DNA of 64,000 nt, from positions 89,170 to 153,169 of the forward strand of contig JBDRKL010000012.1 in the NCBI GenBank assembly GCA_043814055.1. The letters run 5' to 3'. A program made the translations under genes and the position numbers. Numbering within the stretch: the first letter of the stretch is position 1; each line of letters opens with the position of its first letter. This DNA comes from an archaeon (GTDB lineage Archaea; Undinarchaeota; Undinarchaeia; Undinarchaeales; JBDRKL01). The notes beneath the pieces are model-generated. The model worked only from the letters and a program-made list of their open reading frames with translations. It was not told where the DNA came from and ran no database searches. Of this stretch, positions 16,592-26,333 are shown piece after piece.

Positions 16592-17022
16592 AAACAAGCG
16601 AGGATTTTTCAAAGCTCAAGAAGGGCGACGAGGTTTTGCTCTCTGGGAAAGTTTACATTGCCCGAGATTTGGCGCATAAAAAATTGCTTGAAGAGGATTT
16701 TGATTTGAAAATTGATGTTATTTACCACTGCGGACCTTTGTTTAAGGGCGATGAGATTGTTTCTGCAGGGCCGACCACTTCAAAGAGAATGGAACCATAC
16801 ACGAAAGAGGTTGTTGAGAAGTACGGGGTTCGCGGGATAATTGGGAAAGGCGGGATGGAAGTGCCTGAAGGTGTTGTTTATTTTGAAGCTGTGGGCGGAG
16901 CAGGAGCTCTGCTTGCGAAGAAAATTAAGAGCTGGAAGAAGATTGTTGACTTGGGACCGGTTGAGAGCATTCTTGAATGCGAGGTTGAGGAGTTTCCGGT
17001 TATAGTTTCATCTTCGCGCTGA
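16588..17022 (+). CDS. Fe-S hydro-lyase beta subunit (class I fumarate hydratase beta)
   Basis: GPTTSKRMEPYT...GIIGKGGM is typical of the fumarate/tartrate dehydratase beta (C-terminal) domain. Confidence 0.75.
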   Translation: MKTSEDFSKLKKGDEVLLSGKVYIARDLAHKKLLEEDFDLKIDVIYHCGPLFKGDEIVSAGPTTSKRMEPYTKEVVEKYGVRGIIGKGGMEVPEGVVYFEAVGGAGALLAKKIKSWKKIVDLGPVESILECEVEEFPVIVSSSR

Positions 17023-17623
17023 GCAGTTCATACGCCTTTGTAGCATCTTTTTCATCAACTATAAAAATCGTGTCAGTGTAGCAGGATATTACCTCAACTA
17101 TGTTTATACCTTCGGCTGAAAGGAGCCCTGTTGTATACTCAACAAAACCAAGTGTTTCTTCAACATCAATGGGGCTGATTAAAGCAATCTCCACAAGGTT
17201 CTTGCGTATTTCTATGGCGTTGACTACATCAACCTTTTCCAGATCCTCGTTGTTTATCACTAGAGTGTCGGCATTTGAGCCGCTTGAGGTATGAATTGGC
17301 TTGAAACCTTTAACTTTCAGCTCCCCCTTCTTGAAAGTTATGTCAACAACACAGTTCTTCATGCTGATTTGAGACTTTGAAAGGAGCTTCAGGAGTTTTG
17401 TTTCCTGGACGCTGGCTTCCTTGCTCAAAGTTTCAGCAAAGCGGCGGGCTGAGACAGCGATTGCATCGTTGCTGACTTTTCGGCCAAGGGTTTCAACTAT
17501 AGCGGGCTTTATTTTTTCAGCTAGAGCAGAGTAGTTTATTATGCCATTCTCCATTGCATACAACAAGTACGGCTTTTTCTCTAAGTTCTCGCGCACAGTT
17601 TTTGCGAGTGAGTTTTGCTTCAT
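17000..17623 (-). CDS. HTH + ACT domain putative regulator of amino-acid metabolism (COG2150-like)
   Basis: N-terminal HTH-like GIINYSALAEKI and C-terminal ACT-like modules. Paralog of 58372..59052. Divergent from dapF-argGH-carAB. Confidence 0.55.
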   Translation of the reverse strand: MKQNSLAKTVRENLEKKPYLLYAMENGIINYSALAEKIKPAIVETLGRKVSNDAIAVSARRFAETLSKEASVQETKLLKLLSKSQISMKNCVVDITFKKGELKVKGFKPIHTSSGSNADTLVINNEDLEKVDVVNAIEIRKNLVEIALISPIDVEETLGFVEYTTGLLSAEGINIVEVISCYTDTIFIVDEKDATKAYELLSAKMKL

Positions 17624-17633
17624 ACATATAATG

Positions 17634-17716
17634 TCGTATTTAAGACATATAAATATTGCGGTGATTTTAGAGAATACCACACAAAATTGGATTATTTTGT
17701 CTTATTTAAGACACAT
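17634..17716. promoter_or_regulatory. Two direct repeats TATTTAAGACA(T/C)AT (17634-17650 and 17698-17716) in the divergent promoter region, overlapping TATA-like sequences
   Basis: CGTATTTAAGACATAT and CTTATTTAAGACACAT, 64 nt apart. One sits ~15 nt from the ACT gene start and the other ~40 nt upstream of the dapF ATG. Confidence 0.45.
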
Positions 17717-17751
17717 TTTTGATATAGGATGTTGAGCACTTTTAGTGGGCT

Positions 17752-18618
17752 ATGAAATTAGAATTTAAAAAATATCATCATTGCGGAAACGACTTCGTTA
17801 TAGTTGATGATTTAACTGGGACGATCGAGCCAGAGTTTGCAAAGAAGCTCAGCAAAAACCTTCTCAAGAGAAAATATGCAATTGGGGGAAATGATTTACT
17901 TTATTTGAAAAGTGATGAAGATACTGATGCATTTATGCACATTTACAATGTCTCGGATGTTGAGGGGAGTATGTGCGGAAATGGCAGTCTTTGTGCTGGA
18001 AAATATCTCAGTGGAAAGCTTGGTAAAAATGAAATAAAAATAAAAACCTTGTCTGGAATTGTTAATATTAAAAAGATAGGCAATAACTTCTTTGAACTTG
18101 GGCTAGGACAGGTTTTTCACAAGTATGGCGAGCTTTCAAAGTTTTTCAAGTATCCTGGGCTGGCTAAAGAGGAAAGTGTGCTTGCAGTTGAATTTAACAT
18201 AAAAGAAGTTCCACCGTTTATTGGAAATGTTGTGCATGTTGGGGAACCACACTTGGTTGTTTTTGAAACTGAGGTAGATAAAGTGGATTTGCAGAAGTTT
18301 GGAGATGCTGTAAACAATTGCAAAAAACATTTTCCAGAATTTATAAACTTAAATCTTGTACAGATTTTGGACGAGAAAACAATAAAAATCCGCACATATG
18401 AGCGCAGCTGTTTTGAAGAAACCGATGCTTGCGCCACCGGAAGCACATGTGCAGCATATGTTTGCAAATTACTGGGAAATCTAAAAGAAGATATGATTAC
18501 TGTCAAGGTCAAGGGTGGAGAATTCAAAGTTTATGCAAAAAAGAATATGAATTATCTTGTTGGGAGCCCAGAGAAAGTTTTTGAAGGTCATGTAGCGATA
18601 CCAGAGGGGGAATTTTAG
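17752..18618 (+). CDS. dapF: Diaminopimelate epimerase
   Basis: The two catalytic Cys regions CGNDFVIVD and ETDACATGSTCAA. Low GC relative to the downstream argG. Confidence 0.8.
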   Translation: MKLEFKKYHHCGNDFVIVDDLTGTIEPEFAKKLSKNLLKRKYAIGGNDLLYLKSDEDTDAFMHIYNVSDVEGSMCGNGSLCAGKYLSGKLGKNEIKIKTLSGIVNIKKIGNNFFELGLGQVFHKYGELSKFFKYPGLAKEESVLAVEFNIKEVPPFIGNVVHVGEPHLVVFETEVDKVDLQKFGDAVNNCKKHFPEFINLNLVQILDEKTIKIRTYERSCFEETDACATGSTCAAYVCKLLGNLKEDMITVKVKGGEFKVYAKKNMNYLVGSPEKVFEGHVAIPEGEF

Positions 18619-18619
18619 A

Positions 18620-19813
18620 ATGAACCAAAAAATAATATTGGCATACAGTGGTGGACTTGATACATCGTTCTGTGTGCCATACCTGAAAGAGAAGGGATAC
18701 GACGTAATAACCCTGACAGTTGATACTGGAGGGCTGAACAAGGATGAGCTTGAGTATATCGAGAGCCATTCAAAGGAGCTTGGGGCTTCAAAGCACTACT
18801 TTGTTGACGCGAAGGATGAGGTTTATGAGAAAATCATAACCAATGTGATAAAAGCGAACGGGCTTTACCAGGGAGTTTACCCCCTGATGTGCTCGGACAG
18901 GTTCCTTTTTGGGAAGTATGCCAAGGAAATCGCGGACAAGGAGGGCACGAATGTTATAGCGCACGGCTGTACAGGCACTGGGAATGACCAGTTTCGTATA
19001 GAGCTTCCTGTGCTTGCAATGTATCCTGAGATTGAGATAGTTGCGCCAGTGAAGGAATTGGGGAGCACGCGTGATTATGAAATAGAATATCTGGAAAAGA
19101 AAGGGTTTGAAGTTCCGAAAGAGGTCAAGAAGTACACTTATAATCAGAATGTGTTTGGAGTTACGATTTCAGGCTCTGAGATTGACGAGAACAAGGAGAT
19201 TCCTGAGAGCGCGTGGGTAATGTCTAAAGTCACGAAGACTGAGCCGGAGTATGTTGAAATTGAATTTGAGAAAGGAGTCCCGGTTGGATTAGATGGTAAA
19301 AATTTGCCTGGGATTGAGATACTCGGAAAGCTGAATGAAGTTGCTGGAGCGCACGGATATGGCCAAGGATACTATATTGAAGATGAAATCCTTGGAATAA
19401 AGGGACAGCAGGCGTTTGAGGCTCCGGGTTTGATGCTAATTATAGAAGCACACAAAACATTGGAGAAATTGACGTTGACCAAGGAGCAGTTGAGCATTAA
19501 GCACGGGCTTGAGTATACTTGGGCTGAGTACGCGTATTTGGGCAAGCTGTTTGACCCAATGATGAAGGATGTTCAGGCGTTTTTTGATTCAACGCAAGAG
19601 TCCGTGAATGGAAAGGTAAAGATGAAGCTGGAGCACAAATCAGCTTTCCTGTGCGAGGTGCACAGCCCGAACTCGTTGATTGACGAAGATGTGGCGTTGT
19701 ATGCACAGAAGGCAACTTGGACCGGAGGGGACGTGAATGCATTCATGAAATTCTATGGGATGCAAAGCACAACGTTCAATAAAAAAAATGAAAAAACAAA
19801 TCTGGAAAACTGA
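18620..19813 (+). CDS. argG: Argininosuccinate synthase
   Basis: ILAYSGGLDTS PP-loop, ~397 aa. Confidence 0.9.
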   Translation: MNQKIILAYSGGLDTSFCVPYLKEKGYDVITLTVDTGGLNKDELEYIESHSKELGASKHYFVDAKDEVYEKIITNVIKANGLYQGVYPLMCSDRFLFGKYAKEIADKEGTNVIAHGCTGTGNDQFRIELPVLAMYPEIEIVAPVKELGSTRDYEIEYLEKKGFEVPKEVKKYTYNQNVFGVTISGSEIDENKEIPESAWVMSKVTKTEPEYVEIEFEKGVPVGLDGKNLPGIEILGKLNEVAGAHGYGQGYYIEDEILGIKGQQAFEAPGLMLIIEAHKTLEKLTLTKEQLSIKHGLEYTWAEYAYLGKLFDPMMKDVQAFFDSTQESVNGKVKMKLEHKSAFLCEVHSPNSLIDEDVALYAQKATWTGGDVNAFMKFYGMQSTTFNKKNEKTNLEN

Positions 19814-20963
19814 AAAAGAGAATGAATTGAATCCAACTATTCTGGAGTATAATTCAGGAGAGAATATCCAGCTTGACCAGGCTTTGCTCAAATATGACAT
19901 CAAAGTGAACAAAGCGCATGCGAATATGCTTGAGAAAACTGGGTTGATTTCAGCTGAAGAAAACAAAAAGATTCAGGAGGCATTGAACAAGATTCCAGAG
20001 GATTTTAAACTGGATCCGGAACTTGAAGACGTTCATATGAATGTTGAGTCTGCGCTTGGAGAAATTGGAAAGAAACTGCACACTAGCAAGAGCAGAAACG
20101 ACCAGGTTATGGCTGACCTGCAACTCTATATGAAAGACCAGATAGGAGAAATTGCTGGAGGACTGCAGGAGCTTCAGAAAGTTTTGAAAGAGAAAGCAGA
20201 TGAGTACAAAGGAGCAGAAATGCCGGCTTACACGCACATGCAGCCAGCGGTTTCCACCACGTTTGATGAATGGATTGGAGCTTATGCCTGCCTGTTTGAG
20301 TCAGACGTTGAGTTTTTTAATACTGCAAAAAAGTCTCTTTTTTGCCCGCTTGGCGCGTGCGCTGTGGCCGGCACCAATCTTCCAATAGACAAGAAAATGA
20401 CTGCAAAGGAGCTTGGGTTTGAAAAAAGCTTTGAGAATCCAATTGCAGTGATAAGCTCGCGCGGGGAGGTTGAGACACACTGCTTGTTCGGGCTTTCAAT
20501 GGCAATGTTGCACTTGAATAAGCTGGCGAATGACCTTCAGCTTTATTCCACATTTGAGTATGGAATGATTGAGCTAGCGGATGAAGTTTGCACTTCCAGT
20601 TCCATAATGCCGCAGAAGAAGAATCCAGACGTATTGGAGATTTTGCATTCTAAAAGTGTAGAGATTCACAGTTTGTTGATGCAAAACCTTATGATACTTA
20701 ATTCATTGACTTCTGGGTTTCACATGGATATGCAGCAGACCAAGAAGAATGTGATGCAAGGATTTGAGATTGTCCTGAAAAGTATTGAAGTTATGAAAAT
20801 TGTAATTGCCGGACTAAAAGCAAACCCGGAGAAGATGAAAGAGTTGGTTGAGGCAAGTGGCTGCAATGCGATTAAGGAAGTTGAGCAGCTTGTTTTAGGT
20901 GGGATGCCGTTCCGTGATGCGTATAAGAAAGTGAGGCAAAACTATATAACCGCGAATAGGTAA
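19788..20963 (+). CDS. argH: Argininosuccinate lyase
   Basis: Fumarase/aspartase family with TSKSRNDQV and the GSSIMPQKKNPD signature. The start is uncertain (19755 or 19788) and overlaps the argG end. Confidence 0.85.
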   Translation: MKKQIWKTEKENELNPTILEYNSGENIQLDQALLKYDIKVNKAHANMLEKTGLISAEENKKIQEALNKIPEDFKLDPELEDVHMNVESALGEIGKKLHTSKSRNDQVMADLQLYMKDQIGEIAGGLQELQKVLKEKADEYKGAEMPAYTHMQPAVSTTFDEWIGAYACLFESDVEFFNTAKKSLFCPLGACAVAGTNLPIDKKMTAKELGFEKSFENPIAVISSRGEVETHCLFGLSMAMLHLNKLANDLQLYSTFEYGMIELADEVCTSSSIMPQKKNPDVLEILHSKSVEIHSLLMQNLMILNSLTSGFHMDMQQTKKNVMQGFEIVLKSIEVMKIVIAGLKANPEKMKELVEASGCNAIKEVEQLVLGGMPFRDAYKKVRQNYITANR

Positions 20964-20995
20964 ATTCAATACCTAATTGTAGGAGAGATTTAAGA

Positions 20996-22102
20996 ATGGC
21001 TGATAAGAGTCTAATTGTGTTCAGGGACGGCGCTGTGCTAGAGGGGAGAAGCTTTGGCGCGCGGAAAACTGTTGTCGGCGAGATAGTTTTCAATACTGCT
21101 ATGACAGGTTACCAGGAATCGCTGACTGACCCTTCCTACCACAGGCAGATTCTGAACCAGACCTACCCGATTGTTGGAAATTACGGAATTGATGAGGAAA
21201 GTTTTGAGGGCAGCAAGCTCTGGGCCTCCGGGTTCCTGGTCAGGGACTTGTGCGAGAAGCCGTCGCATTATAAATCCATAAAAACTTTGGATGAATTTTT
21301 AAAAGAGCAGGATGTTCCCGGGGTTTGCGGGATTGACACAAGGGCAGTCACTGTGAAGCTGAGGAATGCTGGCTCAATGCTTGGCGCGATTGTGCCTTAT
21401 GAGGGAAAAAAGCCTGAGCTGGGAAAAATCAGGGAAGAAATCAGCTCGTTTGACTATGCAGGAGCGGACCTGGTCAAGGATTACGCAGAGGCTGAGTTCA
21501 AGGACAAGGAGAAAATTATCCACGGCAAAGGGAACACGTACAAGGTTGTGATGATTGACTGCGGAGTCAAGCTCGGGATTGTGCGCGAGATGGTGAAGCG
21601 CGATATTGAGGTTATAAGGGTTCACCCTGTGACAAGCGCTGAGAAGATTCTTGCAATGAAGCCGGACTGCGTGCACATTTCAAACGGACCTGGGAATCCT
21701 GAGACAATACTTTACGCAATAGAAACTGCGAAGAAGCTTGTGGGAAAAGTTCCAATGCACGGGATTTGCGTTGGTCACGGCGTTATTGCCGCGGCGTGCG
21801 GAGGGAAAAATTTCAAGATGAAGTTCGGCCACCGCGGAGGGAACCACGGGGTTAAGGATTTGAAAACCGGGAAGGTTTTCATCACTTCGCAGAACCACGG
21901 CTTCTGCGTGGATGGGGATTCGCTGAAAGGCACTGGGCTTGAGGTTACTGAAGTTAACTGCAATGATGGGACTGTGGAAGGAATGGATCATACAAAGTAT
22001 CCGATTTTTTCAACGCAGTACCATCCTGAGGCGAACCCAGGACCTTACGACGCGCTTGGGAAGTTTGACAGGCTTGTTGAGATGATAAAGGAGAACCGAT
22101 GA
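20996..22102 (+). CDS. carA: Carbamoyl-phosphate synthase small (glutaminase) subunit
   Basis: GATase catalytic triad region GICVGHG plus a CPSase small-chain N-domain. Confidence 0.9.
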   Translation: MADKSLIVFRDGAVLEGRSFGARKTVVGEIVFNTAMTGYQESLTDPSYHRQILNQTYPIVGNYGIDEESFEGSKLWASGFLVRDLCEKPSHYKSIKTLDEFLKEQDVPGVCGIDTRAVTVKLRNAGSMLGAIVPYEGKKPELGKIREEISSFDYAGADLVKDYAEAEFKDKEKIIHGKGNTYKVVMIDCGVKLGIVREMVKRDIEVIRVHPVTSAEKILAMKPDCVHISNGPGNPETILYAIETAKKLVGKVPMHGICVGHGVIAAACGGKNFKMKFGHRGGNHGVKDLKTGKVFITSQNHGFCVDGDSLKGTGLEVTEVNCNDGTVEGMDHTKYPIFSTQYHPEANPGPYDALGKFDRLVEMIKENR

Positions 22103-25100
22103 AAAGAGATGTGAAAAAAGTGCTTGTGATTGGCTCTGGCCCGATTGTGATAGGCCAGGCTGCAGAGTTTGACTACTCAGGAAGCCAGGCGCTAAAGGCG
22201 ATGAAAGAGGAAGGCGTCAAAACCGTGCTTGTCAATTCAAATCCCGCTACTATTCAGACTGACAGGGACATGGCTGATGCAGTTTACATAGAACCGCTGA
22301 CCCCCGAGATTGTTGAGAAAGTGATTGAAAAGGAGAAACCGGACGGAATTTTGTCCGGGATGGGAGGGCAGACAGCGTTGAATATAATTTCTGAATTGGC
22401 TGAACGCGGAGTTCTTGAAAAGCACAATGTTCAAGTGCTTGGGACTCCGGTTGATACGATTGAAACCAGCGAAAACAGGGAGTTGTTCAAGCAGATGATG
22501 CTCAAGATTGGGGAGCCGGTTCCGAAGTCAAAGAGCGTGAACACAGTTCAAGAGGCGCTGGATTTTGCAGAGGAAATAGGATATCCGGTTGTTGTAAGGC
22601 CGGCTTACACACTTGGCGGCTCAGGCGGCGGCATTGCCCACGACTTCGTTGACCTAGAGAGGATTGCAGGCAATGGCATTTCGCTGAGCAGGATAGGCCA
22701 GGTTCTCATAGAGGAATACCTGAGCGGCTGGAAGGAGATAGAGTACGAGGTTATGCGCGATTCTGCTGACAACTGCATAACCATCTGCAATATGGAGAAC
22801 CTTGACCCGATGGGAATACACACAGGGGATAGCATTGTTGTTGCGCCGTCGCAGACGCTGAGCGATGATGATTACCACATGCTGCGCTCGGCGAGCCTGA
22901 AAATTATCCGCGCGCTGAAAGTGGAGGGCGGGTGCAACATACAGTTTGCCCTTGACCCAAAAAGCAGCGATTATAGAATCATAGAAGTCAACCCGAGAGT
23001 TTCAAGAAGCTCAGCGCTCGCGTCAAAAGCAACCGGATACCCAATAGCACTCATCTCCGCTAAGATAGCAATTGGCAGAACGCTTGGTGAGATACCAAAC
23101 GCAGTAACTAAAGACACGCCAGCCTCTTTTGAGCCGGCGCTGGATTATATTGTTGTTAAAATACCAAGATGGCCATTTGAGAAGTTCCCAATGGCTGACA
23201 GAACCCTTGGAACCGAGATGCGCAGCACTGGTGAGGTGATGGCAATAGGCAGGACGTTTGAGGAGGCGCTGGACAAGGCAGTGAGGAGCTTGGATATTGG
23301 GAAGAAATTGATTGATGGGACTGGGGAGATGGATAAGGGGCACTTGAGAGAATTTTTGACAGTCGCAACTCACAAGCGGCTGTTCCACATAGTTGACGCG
23401 ATTAAGAGCGGATTTTCAGACGAGGAGATTGTTGAGCTCACAAAGATAGATCCGTGGTTTATCTGGAAAGTACGGAGCATTGTGGAGAGTGGAGATGGGA
23501 AAAAGAAAAAGTGCTACAAGATGGTGGACACTTGCGCGGCAGAGTTTGAGGCAAAGACGCCGTATTACTATTCGACTGAAGGCGATGTAAGTGAGAGCGT
23601 TGCATCAAACAAGAAGAAAATAATTATACTTGGCTCCGGGCCAATACGGATAGGACAGGGTATTGAGTTTGACTACTGCACTGTTCACGCGGTGTGGGCG
23701 CTTAGGGAGATGGGCATAGAGACAATTGTAATTAACAACAACCCAGAGACAGTTTCAACTGATTATGACACTTCGGATAAATTGTATTTTGAGCCGCTTG
23801 ATTTTGAGCACGTGATGAATGTTGTGAACGTGGAGAAACCAACAGGCATTATAACCCAGTTCGGCGGGCAGACAGCTGTAAATCTTTCTTTGCCTTTAGA
23901 AAAAGCAGGTGTTAAAGTCTTTGGAACCTCACCAAAAAGTATGGACTTGGCTGAGGACAGGACTAAATTCACAAAGGTTTTGAAAAAGCTCAAGATACCG
24001 CAGGCAAACTATGGTGTTGCACACAGCTTTGAAGATGCAAAGAAGGTTGTTGCCAGTATTGGCTATCCGGTTTTGGTCAGGCCGTCTTATGTTCTTGGTG
24101 GCAGGGCAATGGAGATAGTGCATAGCGAAGATGAACTTGTGAATTACATGAAAGAGGCCAGAAAAGTTTCTGAAAAGCGACCCATACTCATTGACCAATT
24201 TTTGCAGAATGCGATAGAAGTTGATGTTGATGCGGTGTGTGATGGAAGTGAAGTGCTTATTGGCGGCATCATGGAGCACATAGAGCAGGCAGGAGTGCAC
24301 TCTGGGGACAGCTCGTGCGTTGTGCCACCGCAGAGTTTGAGCAACGAGATTGTGAAGAAAATCAGGGATTACACTAAAAAGCTTGCGCTAGGTTTGAATG
24401 TTGTTGGGTTAATGAATGTGCAGTATGCGGTGAAAGATGAGGTGGTTTATGTTCTTGAGGCGAACCCGCGGAGCTCAAGGACAGTGCCGTTCATAAGCAA
24501 GGCAACAGGGATTCCGCTCGCGAAGATTGCGGCGCAGGTCATAGCCGGAAAGAAATTAAAAGAGTTAAAAGTGAAGAACAAAATTCTGAATCATGTTTCA
24601 GTTAAGTCCGTTGTTTTCCCGTTCAACAAGCTGCCTGGCTCTGACACCAAGCTCGGGCCTGAGATGAAGAGCACTGGAGAAAGCATGGGCATAGCTGACA
24701 GCTTCCCGGAGGCATTTTACAAGGCACAGCTCGGCGCAGGCGTTGAGATTCCATCAGATGGGTGTGTTTTTTTCGCTGTGAACCACGAGGACAAAGAGCA
24801 TATCACTGAGATAGCGCGCGGCTTTGAGGGGCTGGGGTTTGAGATACTTGCAGTTGGCCGAACTGCAAAAATTCTCCGCGTGGACGGCGTTTCAGTTAGA
24901 AAAGTCTTTAAGGCCAGCGAGGGAAACCTAAACATTGTTGACCTTATCAAGCGCGGAGAAGTGGACCTTGTGATTAACACGCCGACAAAAGGAGGATCAG
25001 CGAATAGGGATGGCTATAAGATACGGACGGCGTGCATACGCTCAAATGTTCCGTGCATAACAACGCTTGCAGGGGCAAGGGCTGCGCTCAAGGCGATTGA

Positions 25101-25152
25101 AAATGCAGGTAGGGGCGGGATGCAGGTTAAGCCGCTTGGGGATTACTACTGA
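22099..25152 (+). CDS. carB: Carbamoyl-phosphate synthase large subunit
   Basis: Duplicated ATP-grasp halves, oligomerisation and MGS-like domains, 1017 aa. ATGA-coupled to carA. Confidence 0.9.
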   Translation: MKRDVKKVLVIGSGPIVIGQAAEFDYSGSQALKAMKEEGVKTVLVNSNPATIQTDRDMADAVYIEPLTPEIVEKVIEKEKPDGILSGMGGQTALNIISELAERGVLEKHNVQVLGTPVDTIETSENRELFKQMMLKIGEPVPKSKSVNTVQEALDFAEEIGYPVVVRPAYTLGGSGGGIAHDFVDLERIAGNGISLSRIGQVLIEEYLSGWKEIEYEVMRDSADNCITICNMENLDPMGIHTGDSIVVAPSQTLSDDDYHMLRSASLKIIRALKVEGGCNIQFALDPKSSDYRIIEVNPRVSRSSALASKATGYPIALISAKIAIGRTLGEIPNAVTKDTPASFEPALDYIVVKIPRWPFEKFPMADRTLGTEMRSTGEVMAIGRTFEEALDKAVRSLDIGKKLIDGTGEMDKGHLREFLTVATHKRLFHIVDAIKSGFSDEEIVELTKIDPWFIWKVRSIVESGDGKKKKCYKMVDTCAAEFEAKTPYYYSTEGDVSESVASNKKKIIILGSGPIRIGQGIEFDYCTVHAVWALREMGIETIVINNNPETVSTDYDTSDKLYFEPLDFEHVMNVVNVEKPTGIITQFGGQTAVNLSLPLEKAGVKVFGTSPKSMDLAEDRTKFTKVLKKLKIPQANYGVAHSFEDAKKVVASIGYPVLVRPSYVLGGRAMEIVHSEDELVNYMKEARKVSEKRPILIDQFLQNAIEVDVDAVCDGSEVLIGGIMEHIEQAGVHSGDSSCVVPPQSLSNEIVKKIRDYTKKLALGLNVVGLMNVQYAVKDEVVYVLEANPRSSRTVPFISKATGIPLAKIAAQVIAGKKLKELKVKNKILNHVSVKSVVFPFNKLPGSDTKLGPEMKSTGESMGIADSFPEAFYKAQLGAGVEIPSDGCVFFAVNHEDKEHITEIARGFEGLGFEILAVGRTAKILRVDGVSVRKVFKASEGNLNIVDLIKRGEVDLVINTPTKGGSANRDGYKIRTACIRSNVPCITTLAGARAALKAIENAGRGGMQVKPLGDYY

Positions 25153-25643
25153 GGAAGCCTTGGCCGACGGCCGGTTTCTTTAACAAGCCGGTTAAATTTG
25201 TCCTGCAAATCTGTCATAGCGTATTCAATCAGCTCATCCAATTTGGAGATGTCTTCTTCTGTGACTTTCAAAAAAAGAGTGAATGAATGCTGGACGCCTT
25301 TTAATTGATTCAAGTTGTTTTGGGTGGTTTCAAAATCTCTGCGAAGTGAGGTGATTGTGAAGGGGGATGAATGGTTTTCCTTTAAAGAGCGTGCGATGCC
25401 TGCAATTCGGAATTCCTCGTGCTGTATTGAATCGTCTATTTGCGCCAGTATTCCTTTGAACTCTTCTTGCCGTGCGAGCAGAGCCTTTTTAAACGTATTC
25501 AAACCAGGCAGGATGGAATTGAAGTCCTTGTAGTCCTGATCAGAAATGCGGGCGCGTGACTTGGTAAAAAATTTGTCTGCCCACGCCCTGAGACCCTCTT
25601 CAAGTTCCTCAGTGAGGTGATTGTACCCCTTTTGATCACCCAT
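25146..25643 (-). CDS. Hypothetical coiled-coil protein (165 aa)
   Basis: No recognisable motif. Overlaps the carB stop by 7 nt on the opposite strand. Confidence 0.4.
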   Translation of the reverse strand: MGDQKGYNHLTEELEEGLRAWADKFFTKSRARISDQDYKDFNSILPGLNTFKKALLARQEEFKGILAQIDDSIQHEEFRIAGIARSLKENHSSPFTITSLRRDFETTQNNLNQLKGVQHSFTLFLKVTEEDISKLDELIEYAMTDLQDKFNRLVKETGRRPRLPQ

Positions 25644-25846
25644 ATGATAAAATAGTTGTTTTCGCTGTATAAAAGCTTTTATGGAAAGGTATAAATCACA
25701 TTTTAAACATGATATTTTAGATATGGGCGCAAAAACTTCAGTTCGGAGAAGCAGGCGGCTTTAGCCGCGCCCATCGGTATCTTTTTATTCACCCAAAGAT
25801 TATTAGTCTTCAGCCAATGGGCTGTTGACGGTGTAAGGCAAAAAAA

Positions 25847-26033
25847 GGATCCGTAGCCTAGTCTGGATAAGGCGACAGCCTTCTAACAACCGCAAAATCG
25901 GTTGACGCTTTGGGTCGCATTCCGCTTCGCGGAAGCGACCCGGCTCGCGCGTTCGCACGCGCTCGCTCGGTCAATTCGAGCAAGTTGGTTGGAAGCCAGC
26001 TGTAAATCAGGGGTTCAAATCCCCTCGGATCCA
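25847..26033 (+). tRNA. tRNA-Arg (anticodon TCT) with a 112-nt intron at canonical position 37/38
   Basis: Acceptor GGATCCG/CGGATCC, D-arm GCCT-AGTCTGGATA-AGGC, anticodon stem ACAGC (25875-79) with loop CTTCTA|A, 3' stem GCTGT at 25999-26003, T-arm AGGGG-TTCAAAT-CCCCT. Intron ~25886-25997. Confidence 0.8.
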
Positions 26034-26047
26034 CTCAAACCTAAAAT

Positions 26048-26297
26048 GGGCCAGTAGCCTAGTCTGGATACGAGGCGGAAGCAAGCTCCCGCTTGTTTCC
26101 AGCTCCGCTGGAAAAGGCGTCAGGCTTCGGACCAGCGGCAAATTCATTTGCTCTGGAAGGATACCTGAAGACCGAGGGTTCAAAACTCCGCCGCTGCGGA
26201 GGATAGCAGGGGGCTTGGTTAAAACCGAGCATTCCGCCAAAAGCGGAAGCCCCCTATAAAATGCAGCGCCGGACTGAAAATCCCTTCTGGCCCACCA
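26048..26297 (+). tRNA. tRNA-Arg (anticodon TCG) with three apparent introns (D-arm, anticodon 37/38, T-loop) and encoded CCA
   Basis: Acceptor GGGCCAG/CTGGCCC, D-stem GCCT, D-loop AGTCTGGATA, then a 44-nt insert (26071-26114) before AGGC-G. Anticodon stem TCAGG (26120-24) with loop CTTCGG, a ~32-nt insert, then A-CCTGA (26163-68). T-stem GAGGG (26174-78) pairs CCCTT (26282-86) across a ~90-nt insert. Confidence 0.6.
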
Positions 26298-26333
26298 TAA
26301 TCATTAAAACCAAGGAAAACCTACGGGAAAACA

